NCBI GenBank assembly: GCA_964462545.1
Contig: CAYWXR010000016.1
Span: forward strand, 3,872 to 67,871
From: an uncultured Thermomicrobiales bacterium
GTDB lineage: Bacteria > Chloroflexota > Chloroflexia > Thermomicrobiales > CFX8
Reading direction: 5' to 3'
Length of the DNA stretch: 64,000 nucleotides
Numbering within the stretch: the stretch's first letter is position 1; every line of letters starts with the position of its first letter. The position numbers were made by a program, and so were the translations under genes. The notes under the pieces are model-generated. The model was not told where the DNA came from. It did not search any database and was given only the letters and a program-made list of their open reading frames with translations. Positions 24,455 to 33,497 of this stretch are shown one piece after another.

Positions 24455-26176
24455 TCAGGCAATCTGCTGGCTGGTGGAACTGCTCATAACAAATGCTTCG
24501 ACGACTTCCGGATCGTAGCGGGTGCCGCGAGCCTTCCAGAGTTCGGTCAACGCTTCCTGCGGTGACATCGCCGGACGATAGGCCCGCGGGCTGGTCATCG
24601 CATCGTAGGCATCGGCCACCGCCAGAATCCGCGACAGGAGCGGAATCTCGATACCGGCCAGATGGTCGGGATACCCCTGGCCATCCCAGCGTTCACTCTG
24701 ATGCAGGATGACCTCGCGGACATCGGTGAAGAACGAAAGCGGCTCAACGATATCCGCCGAAATACGCGGATAGCTGCGGATTTCTGCCCAGTCTGCCGGG
24801 GAGAGTGCTTCGGTCTTGGTCAGGATTTCCTCGCTCACGCCGATACGTCCGATGTCATGCAATTCGGCTGCGTAGAGCAACATGCGCTGCTCCTGCTCAT
24901 CGAGATCCAGCGCCTCGGCTATTGCCAGGGCGTGCTTTGCGACGCGGCGAGAATGCCCTCGGGTAAAGTCATCCCGGTCATCCACATGGGCAGCCAACGC
25001 GGAAATCGCGTCGAAATACCCACGCTCCACCTCGGTGGCGAACTGGGCGATCGCCAGATCCGGAGTGATCATGGCCGAAAGGCCAGAAGCGTAGTTCAGC
25101 ACTTCGGAAACAGTCAGCGGGCCAACCGGACGGGTCCATGCAACCTGAATCGCCCCTACCTGATGAGAAAGGTGGACCAGCGGGACGATCAGCACCGCCT
25201 GCACACCAAGTCTCCGGCAGGTAACAGTGTGCGTGTCAGCGGTGTCATCCATCATCCAGACCGGCTGGCTTCGCGACAGCGCACTTTCGGTAATGCCGGC
25301 AAGCCGGCGCCCGAGGTCCTCGGCCTCACTGTCACCAACAATCTCGATCAACGGGTGGAATGTATTGCCGTGCGGGATGTACTCGACAATCGCGACGTAA
25401 TCCGGATTGAACCGCTCGCGGATCGCGCGGCCGGCGACCCGGGCAATGCCGGTCGCATCCTGCTGCCCTGAAATCGCAAGGCGCACCTGGGAGAGCGGGG
25501 AATTGTCCTGTTGACTCAGCACGACAGTGGGATCCGCAACAGCTGTTGCTGCCAGTTTCGGTCCGTACCGCCGGCCGTGCATCCAGACCACAACCGTCGC
25601 GAGAGTCAACGAAGCGCCGAAGATCGCCGCCGGGACAACCTCAAGCGGATACTCCGCCCGGTCGGTGGTTGCAAGAAATGCGATTCCAGCCATCACGGGA
25701 ACGGCCAGCCGTACGGCAAGGTTCGACATCCAGGGCCTGGCCGCAACTGCTGCCGTGCTCCAGACAAGAACCGGCAATATCAGTACCGCCGGCGATAGCA
25801 AGGTCATCCCGGCCAGTCCGGTCAACCCGACAGCAACGAGCATGATGAGATTGGCAACTGCCAGACCGCTTCGCTGGGCCGTGCTTCCGCGCGAAATGCG
25901 GAAATTGATGATGAACCCGGCCATGCCGGCCATTGCGAGCGCGGCGATAGAGGCCAACGCAAGGTTCCGAACCGGCGCCGCATAGAACACCCACCCGGCC
26001 AGCAGCAGGATCAGAAACAGCTTGCCAACGGACGGGAACGCAATCGCACGACTATCCAGCGCAGGGCCAACCGCACCGGCAAATCTGCCGGGAGCAACAG
26101 TCTCCTGATGTTGTGAAGGCAGTCCTGGTTGCTCTTGTTGATGGCCATCAGACTTCAACCGGATTTGTTCAATCAC
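24455..26176 (-). CDS. membrane-anchored GAF / HD-GYP domain protein (putative c-di-GMP phosphodiesterase)
   Basis: N-terminal hydrophobic helices over about 200 aa, a central GAF-like region, then HSRRVAKHA...ELHDIGRIGV...HQSERWDGQGYPD. Confidence 0.8.
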   Translation of the reverse strand: MIEQIRLKSDGHQQEQPGLPSQHQETVAPGRFAGAVGPALDSRAIAFPSVGKLFLILLLAGWVFYAAPVRNLALASIAALAMAGMAGFIINFRISRGSTAQRSGLAVANLIMLVAVGLTGLAGMTLLSPAVLILPVLVWSTAAVAARPWMSNLAVRLAVPVMAGIAFLATTDRAEYPLEVVPAAIFGASLTLATVVVWMHGRRYGPKLAATAVADPTVVLSQQDNSPLSQVRLAISGQQDATGIARVAGRAIRERFNPDYVAIVEYIPHGNTFHPLIEIVGDSEAEDLGRRLAGITESALSRSQPVWMMDDTADTHTVTCRRLGVQAVLIVPLVHLSHQVGAIQVAWTRPVGPLTVSEVLNYASGLSAMITPDLAIAQFATEVERGYFDAISALAAHVDDRDDFTRGHSRRVAKHALAIAEALDLDEQEQRMLLYAAELHDIGRIGVSEEILTKTEALSPADWAEIRSYPRISADIVEPLSFFTDVREVILHQSERWDGQGYPDHLAGIEIPLLSRILAVADAYDAMTSPRAYRPAMSPQEALTELWKARGTRYDPEVVEAFVMSSSTSQQIA

Positions 26177-26397
26177 CTTCCCCGCCGTTCGCGTACGCCC
26201 CCCAGGCTATGGACTCTCCATGGTGATCCTATTAGGAAGAGCGATCCCCGAACAGCGCGGAAGGTCCCGGGAAGTCGCGGTACTCCGGTACCGGTTCAGG
26301 TCCCGGCAACAGGGTCAGGCATTCACAAGCAAGATCGGGTATTCGGACTATACTGTCCCAATAGTCAGGGATTGAGGAAGTCTGGAGCAGGATAGAT

Positions 26398-27564
26398 ATG
26401 CCGCAGCCGGCTGACAGAATCGCAACGTTCGGGACATCGGTATTCACCGAGATGAGCGCACTGGCAGTGCAACATGGCGCGATTAACCTCGGCCAGGGGT
26501 TTCCGGATTTTGCCGGGCCGGATTTCGTCAAGGAAGCCGCTGCGAAAGCGATCCATGACAACCAGAACCAGTACGCCCCGAGTCACGGCACACCGCGTTT
26601 GCGGAATGCGATCGCCAACGACTGGGGTACCCGCTTTGGGCGGGAGATCGACCCGGATCGCGAGGTCACGGTCACAACCGGCGCTACCGAAGCACTGTTC
26701 ATCACGATGCTGGCATTCGTCAATCCTGGTGACGAGGTGATCTTCTTCGAACCGTTCTATGATTCCTACGTCCCGCAGGTCATCATGGCCGGTGGCAAGC
26801 CGGTCATCGTCCGGCTCAACCCGCCGGACTGGACGTTTGATATTGAGGAACTCCGGGCAGCGATCACGCCACGAACCCGCCTGCTGCTGCTCAATACACC
26901 GCACAATCCCACCGGCAAGGTGTTCAGCAAGGCCGAACTGGAGCAGATTGCCGAACTTTGCCGCGAACATGACCTGCTCGTCCTGGCCGATGAGGTCTAT
27001 GACCGGATCATCTTCGACGGCCACCAGCATGTGCCGATCGCAACTCTGCCCGGCATGTGGGAACGCACACTCTCGATGTATTCCACCGGCAAGACGTTCT
27101 CAATGACCGGTTGGAAGATTGGCTATGTCCTCGGCCCGCCCGAAATGAACGCCGCCATCCGGACGGTTCACCAGTTCAACGTGTTCTCGACCGCGACTCC
27201 GTTTCAGGAAGCAATGGCGACCGCGATCGAGGTCGCACCGGAACTCGGCTACTACAAAATGCTGGTTGATGAATACACCCGGCGGAGAGATCATCTGCGT
27301 GCAGTCCTGGCGGATTGCGGATTGCCACCCCTGAACTGTCAGGGAAGCTACTTCCTGCTCTCGGACATCAGCCATCTGGGATTCGAGACCGACGTTGATT
27401 TCTGCCGCAGTCTGGTGATCGAGCAGGGCGTCGCGGCGATTCCGCCGTCGGCGTTCTACCTGGACCCGGCAACAGCCCCGCTTCAGGCTCGCTTCTGCTT
27501 TGCCAAGGAACTCTCGACCATTGATGCCGCGGCAGAACGCCTACGCGGACTTGGGACCTCGTAA
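26398..27564 (+). CDS. class I/II aminotransferase (YbdL / kynurenine aminotransferase-like)
   Basis: INLGQGFPDF, NQYAPSHG, LLLNTPHNPTGKVF and YSTGKTFSMTGWKIGY with the PLP lysine. Confidence 0.9.
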   Translation: MPQPADRIATFGTSVFTEMSALAVQHGAINLGQGFPDFAGPDFVKEAAAKAIHDNQNQYAPSHGTPRLRNAIANDWGTRFGREIDPDREVTVTTGATEALFITMLAFVNPGDEVIFFEPFYDSYVPQVIMAGGKPVIVRLNPPDWTFDIEELRAAITPRTRLLLLNTPHNPTGKVFSKAELEQIAELCREHDLLVLADEVYDRIIFDGHQHVPIATLPGMWERTLSMYSTGKTFSMTGWKIGYVLGPPEMNAAIRTVHQFNVFSTATPFQEAMATAIEVAPELGYYKMLVDEYTRRRDHLRAVLADCGLPPLNCQGSYFLLSDISHLGFETDVDFCRSLVIEQGVAAIPPSAFYLDPATAPLQARFCFAKELSTIDAAAERLRGLGTS

Positions 27565-28203
27565 GGCGACCCGCGCCGGGGCACCATCTGCCCCGGCAAT
27601 GTGCAACGGGAAGCAGACCAGGTCATAGTGCCCGGCAGCGACGCCCTCGAGGTCAAGCCCCTCGACGATCAGGATTTGGCTACCAAGCAGGATCAGGTGC
27701 GTGTCAACGCCGCTCTCGTTGGCTGCGCCAATCGAGAGATAGTCGATGCCGACCAGTTTGATGCCGTGCTCGACGACCCAGGTCGCACCCGAGGGAGCGA
27801 GGGCGATGTAATCGGGGGTGAAACCTTCCGGGTGCGTCCGCCAGATATCGGAGTTGGTAGTCCGGAAGATCAGTTTCGTTGTGCCGGCGGGAATATCCAG
27901 TTGACTGAGGTCGTCGGCAGTAATGTCTTCCTGCAAATGCCGGCAATCGACCACCACTGCCGGACCGTTCCAGTCCTCCAGCGGGATTTCATCCAGTTTG
28001 CGTCCGCCGTGGATGAAGTGCCACGAGGAATCGACGTGTGTCCCGGTATGGGTGGTGAACGTCACTTTGGAAACATTGACCACCGCTTCCGGAGTTCGGG
28101 AGAGCGGTTCGAAACTGAAGATGTCCTCGCCGTCCCATTGCGGCATTCGCTCCCGCATCGGCACAGAAACGTCGATCAGGTTATCCCCTTGTGACACGTG
28201 CAT
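27541..28203 (-). CDS. cyclase family protein (arylformamidase / kynurenine formamidase-like)
   Basis: HTGTHVDSSWHF matches the HxGTHxDxPxH metal motif. It overlaps the aminotransferase 3' end by 24 nt, convergently. Confidence 0.8.
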   Translation of the reverse strand: MHVSQGDNLIDVSVPMRERMPQWDGEDIFSFEPLSRTPEAVVNVSKVTFTTHTGTHVDSSWHFIHGGRKLDEIPLEDWNGPAVVVDCRHLQEDITADDLSQLDIPAGTTKLIFRTTNSDIWRTHPEGFTPDYIALAPSGATWVVEHGIKLVGIDYLSIGAANESGVDTHLILLGSQILIVEGLDLEGVAAGHYDLVCFPLHIAGADGAPARVALRGPKSA

Positions 28204-28209
28204 ACCTCC

Positions 28210-29133
28210 TCATCGCGGCAGTTCGCGTTCGGAGTGTAACGCGGAATCGGCAACATTACCGGCCACAAGTTCCAGCAATCGCCGGAGCATCGGAAGGTCG
28301 CTGTTTCGCCAGATCAGGGTAAGATCGGTATGCGCCATCGGGTCGTCAAGCGCTCTCCAGACCACGCGGTCCCGCTGCGAATTGACTACCGACTCCGGAA
28401 CAAGCGAGACACCCATCCCTGCAGCAACCAACCCGACAATGGTCTGCATCTGCACCGCTTCCTGCGCGATGTGGGGCATAAACCCGGCCCGCACGCAGGC
28501 GGAAACGACCGTATCGTGGAAACTGTGCCCCAACTGACGTGGTGGCAGGATGAACGGTGCATCCGAGAGCACCGGGAGCGGCGCCGGCTCTGGCAAATCC
28601 ATGCCCAGACTTTCCGGCACTGCCAATACCAGACGTTCGCGCGCCAACAGCAATGCCCGATCTCCGGCGGAATCGACAGGCATCCGGACGCAACCAACGT
28701 CGATACTTCCGGTATCAAGCGCCTCCAGTTGTTCGGTCGTACTCATCTCCCGCAAGGAGAGTTCGACATCTGGCCAGGCCGAACGAAACCGGGCTATGAG
28801 ATCCGGCAGGTGCACCAATGCGGCCGAACCAACAAACCCGATGGAGAGACGACCGGCGCTCCCGGCAGCAATACCGGCGATCAGCGATTCCAGGCGCCCT
28901 GCCTGATCGAGCAATACACGGGCATCGTCGAGCAACAGCATGCCGGCAGGAGTCAGACGCACCGACCGACGGGAGCGTTCAAACAGCTGCAGGCCGATCT
29001 CCCGCTCAAAACGCTGGATTTGCTGACTCAATGCCGGTTGGGCAATACCGAGATTCCGGGCAGCACGGCCAAAATGAAGTTCGTCGGCGACGGCCACAAA
29101 TGCACGGACCTGCCGCAGTTCCAGCATATTCAT
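28210..29133 (-). CDS. LysR family transcriptional regulator
   Basis: The N-terminal wHTH LRQVRAFVAVADELHFGRAARNLGIAQPALSQQIQRFE and a LysR substrate-binding domain. Confidence 0.9.
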   Translation of the reverse strand: MNMLELRQVRAFVAVADELHFGRAARNLGIAQPALSQQIQRFEREIGLQLFERSRRSVRLTPAGMLLLDDARVLLDQAGRLESLIAGIAAGSAGRLSIGFVGSAALVHLPDLIARFRSAWPDVELSLREMSTTEQLEALDTGSIDVGCVRMPVDSAGDRALLLARERLVLAVPESLGMDLPEPAPLPVLSDAPFILPPRQLGHSFHDTVVSACVRAGFMPHIAQEAVQMQTIVGLVAAGMGVSLVPESVVNSQRDRVVWRALDDPMAHTDLTLIWRNSDLPMLRRLLELVAGNVADSALHSERELPR

Positions 29134-29142
29134 AATATGACG

Positions 29143-29167
29143 ATATCACAGCATCACCCAGTGATAT
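29143..29167. promoter_or_regulatory. LysR-type T-N11-A box ATATCAC-N11-GTGATAT
   Basis: A perfect 7-bp inverted repeat with an 11-nt spacer, in the 87-bp divergent region between the LysR gene (start 29133) and 29221..29709. Confidence 0.5.
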
Positions 29168-29220
29168 TGGACAGCACTTACTGATCGCCGTAGGCTCAAC
29201 GTAACGAGAGGAGATCGACA

Positions 29221-29709
29221 ATGCAATCAGTTCACGTCAAGGTGCTTGAGGCTACGGAAGCGTGCGGAGAACTCCGCCGCTACGTGTCGGAATCCGCCGA
29301 ACCGGCGCAACTGGCACTGGCCGAGGGTGTGGACAACGGCGTCCGCTACGACCCGCTGCTGGATCTCGGCCAGGCAGACTGGCAAGCGTCGCCGGCAGGG
29401 GCCATCTTCGTTGTTGGTATCGAACTCGAGGCCGGTCACGAGGATGACTTCGAAGGCTGGTACAACACCGAACATCTGCCGGCACTCGCCCGGGTGCCGG
29501 GTGTCAACCGGGCAGTGCGTTATCGCAAGGCACCGGGGCAAGGCGAATCACCCGACTACCCCGAGTACCTCGCGCTCTACGACGTGCAATCGCTGGATAT
29601 CCCCGGCAACCCCGATTGGAAGAACGCTGTCGAAACACCCTGGACGCAGCAGCTCCGACCGCACTTCAAGGCGCGCTGGCGTGGGGGATACCGACTGGCA
29701 GACGACTAA
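29221..29709 (+). CDS. hypothetical protein, possibly dimeric alpha/beta-barrel (EthD/DUF4286-like)
   Basis: GAGGAG RBS. The segment IFVVGIELEAGHEDDFEGWYNTEHLPALARVPGV resembles EthD/DUF4286-type proteins. Divergent from the LysR gene. Confidence 0.5.
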   Translation: MQSVHVKVLEATEACGELRRYVSESAEPAQLALAEGVDNGVRYDPLLDLGQADWQASPAGAIFVVGIELEAGHEDDFEGWYNTEHLPALARVPGVNRAVRYRKAPGQGESPDYPEYLALYDVQSLDIPGNPDWKNAVETPWTQQLRPHFKARWRGGYRLADD

Positions 29710-30890
29710 CCCCGCAACATGCCCGGAGTCCAGTGCCGGGTGAGCAGATCCCGGAAGGCCGCCTTGCGGTCAGGCTGGCTCTGCAAGGCATTGTGGACCA
29801 GTTCGTAGCCGACGGAGTAGGTATAGACATAGGTCCGGAACAGTGGATGCATGACGAATTCCATCGACTGCCGGGCCTCCTTCTCCGAGCGCAGCCCGTA
29901 ACGCACCAGATACTCCACCGCGGTATCAACGCTCTCGCCACGGTCGTGAACCAGCAGCGCCGCATTCCCCATCGCTCCGGAAAGAACACGGGAAGCACGG
30001 GCGATCTCCAGATCGCGCTCAATATCGACATCCATGCCGGCCGGACTGTAGACAGTGTCACGCAGCCAACCGGGAAGTTCATCTTCCGGGACAACCGCTT
30101 CCAGTGCGTTGGTGGCGATGCCTTCGCTGATCACCGCCTGCGGGGTGGTCAGCAGTGCGATGGCGAACTCACCCTCGCCCCGCTCCCGATACTGGAGCAC
30201 TTCGCGCACGCTGTGCTCGGTGTGGTGCCCGGGATACCCTTCGTGGGCCAGCAGATCCGGCAAGGCATTCAACCGCACCGGCAGGTCAGTGTTGATTTCG
30301 ATACGCGACCGGCTGTCGCCGAGATACCAGTTGTAGCCGGACCACGGCTGGTTCTGGACCAGCACCAGGTCAAACGATTCCCCATCGGGCAGCGACACGA
30401 TCTGCCGGGTACGGTCGCGCAGGTCATCCAGAATCGGGCCCGCCACAGACAGGATACGGTCAGTTTCGAGTTCAAACTGCTGGCGCCAGGCTACCTGCCG
30501 CTCGCCGATCGTCCCTTCACCCGGTAATAACGATTCCAGCGTTTCGTGCGCCGCAACAAAACGATCATCCGGTTGCCATTCCGCCTCAATGTCAAAGCAG
30601 GAACGCACCTGCTCGCGATAGTCGGTGAGCCGGCCCTCGGCAATATCAAGCGTTGCTTGCAATGCGCGGTACTGGGCTTCAAACCAGGTACGCCGGGGGG
30701 AGGGGTCCAGTGTTTCGATGCTGGCCAGCAACTCCTGCAACGCTGCTTCCGGACGTGTCGAGCGAGCAGTTTCGCGCAACGTTTCCGGGCCGTGAAAGCT
30801 GTCGACAAACCCGTCGACAATCTCGCCAACTGCCAGACCTGCAACCAGGTATGACCTCGCTACGGTGTCAAGTGCCGGGTGTGCGCTCAT
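29706..30890 (-). CDS. DUF885-like putative metallo-hydrolase
   Basis: HEGYPGHHTEH resembles the HExxPGHH motif of DUF885. Start set at the ATG at 30890, with GGAGGAG 4 nt upstream. Confidence 0.5.
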   Translation of the reverse strand: MSAHPALDTVARSYLVAGLAVGEIVDGFVDSFHGPETLRETARSTRPEAALQELLASIETLDPSPRRTWFEAQYRALQATLDIAEGRLTDYREQVRSCFDIEAEWQPDDRFVAAHETLESLLPGEGTIGERQVAWRQQFELETDRILSVAGPILDDLRDRTRQIVSLPDGESFDLVLVQNQPWSGYNWYLGDSRSRIEINTDLPVRLNALPDLLAHEGYPGHHTEHSVREVLQYRERGEGEFAIALLTTPQAVISEGIATNALEAVVPEDELPGWLRDTVYSPAGMDVDIERDLEIARASRVLSGAMGNAALLVHDRGESVDTAVEYLVRYGLRSEKEARQSMEFVMHPLFRTYVYTYSVGYELVHNALQSQPDRKAAFRDLLTRHWTPGMLRG

Positions 30891-31240
30891 ATGCTCCTCC
30901 TGACAAAAAGCATCCGGAACAGGTTGTTTGTTCGTTAACAGTATGGAGGGGCTTGCCACGCAGCGCAGTCCCTCACTGTTTGTCAGATTCTATGGTGCCG
31001 TCGGAACCGATGGAAATCACGCGCTGGCAGGGATGCGGTTATGCCGGATGAAGCCAGTCACTTTTACGGGGAGTTTCCATGCGTCACCAGTTGTACACGG
31101 CACCTGAATCCCGCCAGGCGATGCTGTGACTCGTTCTTCAGGTCAACAGAAGACATTGCAGGTCGACTGCAATTCGTCAACGACCTGATACGGCGAGCCA
31201 AAGCCGGGGATATTTGGGGGAAGGAGAGCAAAACACGATC

Positions 31241-31258
31241 TTGTGATTGGCATCACAA
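31241..31258. promoter_or_regulatory. CRP/FNR-type palindrome TTGTGAT-TGGC-ATCACAA (TGTGA-N6-TCACA)
   Basis: A perfect 18-bp palindrome in an AT-rich patch, about 60 nt upstream of a TATAGT hexamer (31307..31312) and about 200 nt upstream of the SBP start. Confidence 0.45.
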
Positions 31259-31450
31259 AGTTTTCCTATATACATGAATCTTTGTGATTATCAATTCTGC
31301 AGGATCTATAGTATTCTAGGGCGTAGTCACGTATGACCAAACAGGAGAGATAGGGGTGTCCCCTGATTGGTCCCGATCAGTCGTTCCGCTTTCACCTGCG
31401 TTTGATAAAGGTGAATGCGTTCGGTCATTGCATGGAGGAGAGACGAACTC

Positions 31451-33373
31451 ATGGAACAAGACAGAACGAAGCTGTTGGCGCTTCGTGAAGAGATTTTCGC
31501 GAACAAGCTTTCGCGACGTGACGTTCTCAAGCGTGCTACCGCGTTCGGTTTGAGCGTCCCGGTTGTTGCCACCCTGCTTGCAGCATGTGGTGATGACGAC
31601 GACGATCCAACCGCCACCACCCCCCCGGCTGCTGATCCCACCCCGACAGAGGCAGCTGAAGAAGAAACCGAAGAAGAAGAGGATCCCACCGCTACTGAAG
31701 CGGAAGAGGAAGAAACCGAAGAAGAAGACGAGCCAACTGCCACCGAAGAGGAAGCAGAAGAGACTGAAGAGGCTGACGAAACCGAAGAGCCTGCTGACGA
31801 AGATTTCGACTGGCAGGAAAGCGGCCCGCGCGACATGGGCATGTCCATGGACGAGGGCGTGGCTGGCGGAACCGTTATCGAGTCCAGCTTCTCCGATATC
31901 TCCAACACCAACCCGATCCTCTCGGCCGACACCTCCAGCAGCGACTTCCACGCCATGATGTTCGAGTCGCTGATTCAGGCCCACCCGGAGACCATCGAAC
32001 CGGTTGGTGACCTCGCCGAGGCCTGGGCTGTCAACGAGGATGCCACCCAGTGGACCTTCCGCCTGCGACAGGGCGTGACCTGGCACGACGGCGAAGACTT
32101 CACCGCCGACGATGTCAAGACCACCTACGATATCCACATGAACCCGGAATCCGGATCACCACGCACCAGCGACTTCACCAGCAAGATCGTAAGCGTGGAT
32201 GTTCTGGACGACTACACCATCCAGTTCAACCTGACCGCCACGCTGGTGGACATGCCGCTTGACCTCGGTGTCTACGGCATCGTTGCCGACCATATCTGGG
32301 GCGATACCCCGCCAGGCGACATCATCAACGATGGTGGATCGACCGGTCAGGATGCATCCCGTGTCATTGGCACCGGCCCGTTCAAGTACGAAGAGTGGGT
32401 CACCACCACCTATCGCTCCTGCGTCCGCAACGACGATTACTGGGGTGGCGCACCGTACCTGGATCGCTACGTGATCCTGCAGGTCGCCGACCAGGCAGCC
32501 GGCGTGCAGCAGTTGCTGACCGGTGAAGTTGACTGGTCGAGCGTTCCGGAAGCATCGGTTCCGGAATTCAACAACTCGGATGTCACCATCTTCGACTATC
32601 CGACCCTGACCTTCACCTTCTACGCCTACAACATGAACCCGGAAATCACCCCGGTCTTCCAGGACAAGGAAGTTCGCCAGGCTCTGGTTCACGCCATCGA
32701 CCGCGAGGCGCTGATCCAGTCCATCCGGTTCGGCTATGGCGTGCCGGCAGTCGGCACCATGCCGGTGTTGTCGTGGGCCTACAACCCGCAGGGCATCGAA
32801 AACCACTACGAATATGACACCGACAAGGCCATTCAGCTGCTGGAATCGGCTGGCTGGATGCCGGGTGCCGACGGAGTTCGCGAAAAGGATGGCGTCCGCC
32901 TCTCCTTCCAGATGAACACCAACGCCGGCAACCAGGTTCGGGAAGCCTATCTGGTCGCGTTCCAGGAATTCTGGGCACAGATCGGCGTCGAGATGATCCC
33001 GAACTTCATTCCGTTCGACGTGCTGGTTGAGCAGATCACCACCACCAAGGACTTCGAGTCCTTCCTGATCGGCTTCAGCTGGTCGGCCACCCCGGACCAG
33101 GCGGCGCTGTTCTCCTGCGATGGTGGCTTCAACGGCACCAGCTACTGCAACCCGGAGGTCGATGAACTGCTGACCCAGGCCCGCACCACGGTGGACCAGG
33201 CCGAGCGCATCGAACTCTTCACCCAGTACCAGAATGTCTTGCTGGAAGATAACCCGATGCCGGTCATCGACTTCCCGCAGGCCATCATCGGTGTGAACAA
33301 CCGAGTGCATAACCTGTTCCCGAACGCTGTCAATATCCGGTTCAACACTGAGAAGTGGTGGGTCGAACAGTAG
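31451..33373 (+). CDS. ABC transporter substrate-binding protein, family 5 (peptide/nickel type), lipoprotein with acidic linker
   Basis: GGAGGAGAG RBS. SRRDVLKRATA, lipobox LLAACG, an acidic E/T/D/P linker, then an SBP_bac_5-like core. Confidence 0.9.
   Translation: MEQDRTKLLALREEIFANKLSRRDVLKRATAFGLSVPVVATLLAACGDDDDDPTATTPPAADPTPTEAAEEETEEEEDPTATEAEEEETEEEDEPTATEEEAEETEEADETEEPADEDFDWQESGPRDMGMSMDEGVAGGTVIESSFSDISNTNPILSADTSSSDFHAMMFESLIQAHPETIEPVGDLAEAWAVNEDATQWTFRLRQGVTWHDGEDFTADDVKTTYDIHMNPESGSPRTSDFTSKIVSVDVLDDYTIQFNLTATLVDMPLDLGVYGIVADHIWGDTPPGDIINDGGSTGQDASRVIGTGPFKYEEWVTTTYRSCVRNDDYWGGAPYLDRYVILQVADQAAGVQQLLTGEVDWSSVPEASVPEFNNSDVTIFDYPTLTFTFYAYNMNPEITPVFQDKEVRQALVHAIDREALIQSIRFGYGVPAVGTMPVLSWAYNPQGIENHYEYDTDKAIQLLESAGWMPGADGVREKDGVRLSFQMNTNAGNQVREAYLVAFQEFWAQIGVEMIPNFIPFDVLVEQITTTKDFESFLIGFSWSATPDQAALFSCDGGFNGTSYCNPEVDELLTQARTTVDQAERIELFTQYQNVLLEDNPMPVIDFPQAIIGVNNRVHNLFPNAVNIRFNTEKWWVEQ
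31589..31804 (+). repeat. coding low-complexity acidic linker with degenerate EEE(T)EEE(E)DPTATE repeats
   Basis: GDDDDDPTATTPPAADPTPTEAAEEETEEEEDPTATEAEEEETEEEDEPTATEEEAEETEEADETEEPADED, encoded by GAA/GAG-rich DNA. Confidence 0.85.
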
Positions 33374-33497
33374 GATAGCGGAACGATGCTAGAAGGCACG
33401 CCCTCTCGGGGGCGTGCCTTCACAGCACGTATGAGGATTACCCCTGGAATCGGTACGTGCTGCTTAGCCCCGCTGTTTCTGCCAAGACAGAAAGGGT

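Noticed and set aside
31041-31277. A 78-aa Cys-containing ORF (MPDEASHFYGEFPCVTSC...) in the large intergenic region.
   Set aside because: It has only a weak RBS-like AGGGA, and GC3 is not elevated as in real genes here. It runs through the palindrome and promoter patch, and I recognise no family. It remains possible, but I cannot support it.
31320-31450. A known riboswitch class in the leader of the Dpp-like operon (NiCo, cobalamin, TPP and others).
   Set aside because: I could not find the conserved cores I remember, such as a B12 box or the TPP CUGAGA element. Only generic hairpins are present. It stays a candidate for a novel element, not a known one.
31316-33310. Minus-strand ORFs 31316..32137 (273 aa) and 32156..33310 (384 aa).
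   Set aside because: They are antisense to the well-supported binding-protein gene. They are low-complexity translations (G/F/S runs mirror the acidic linker).
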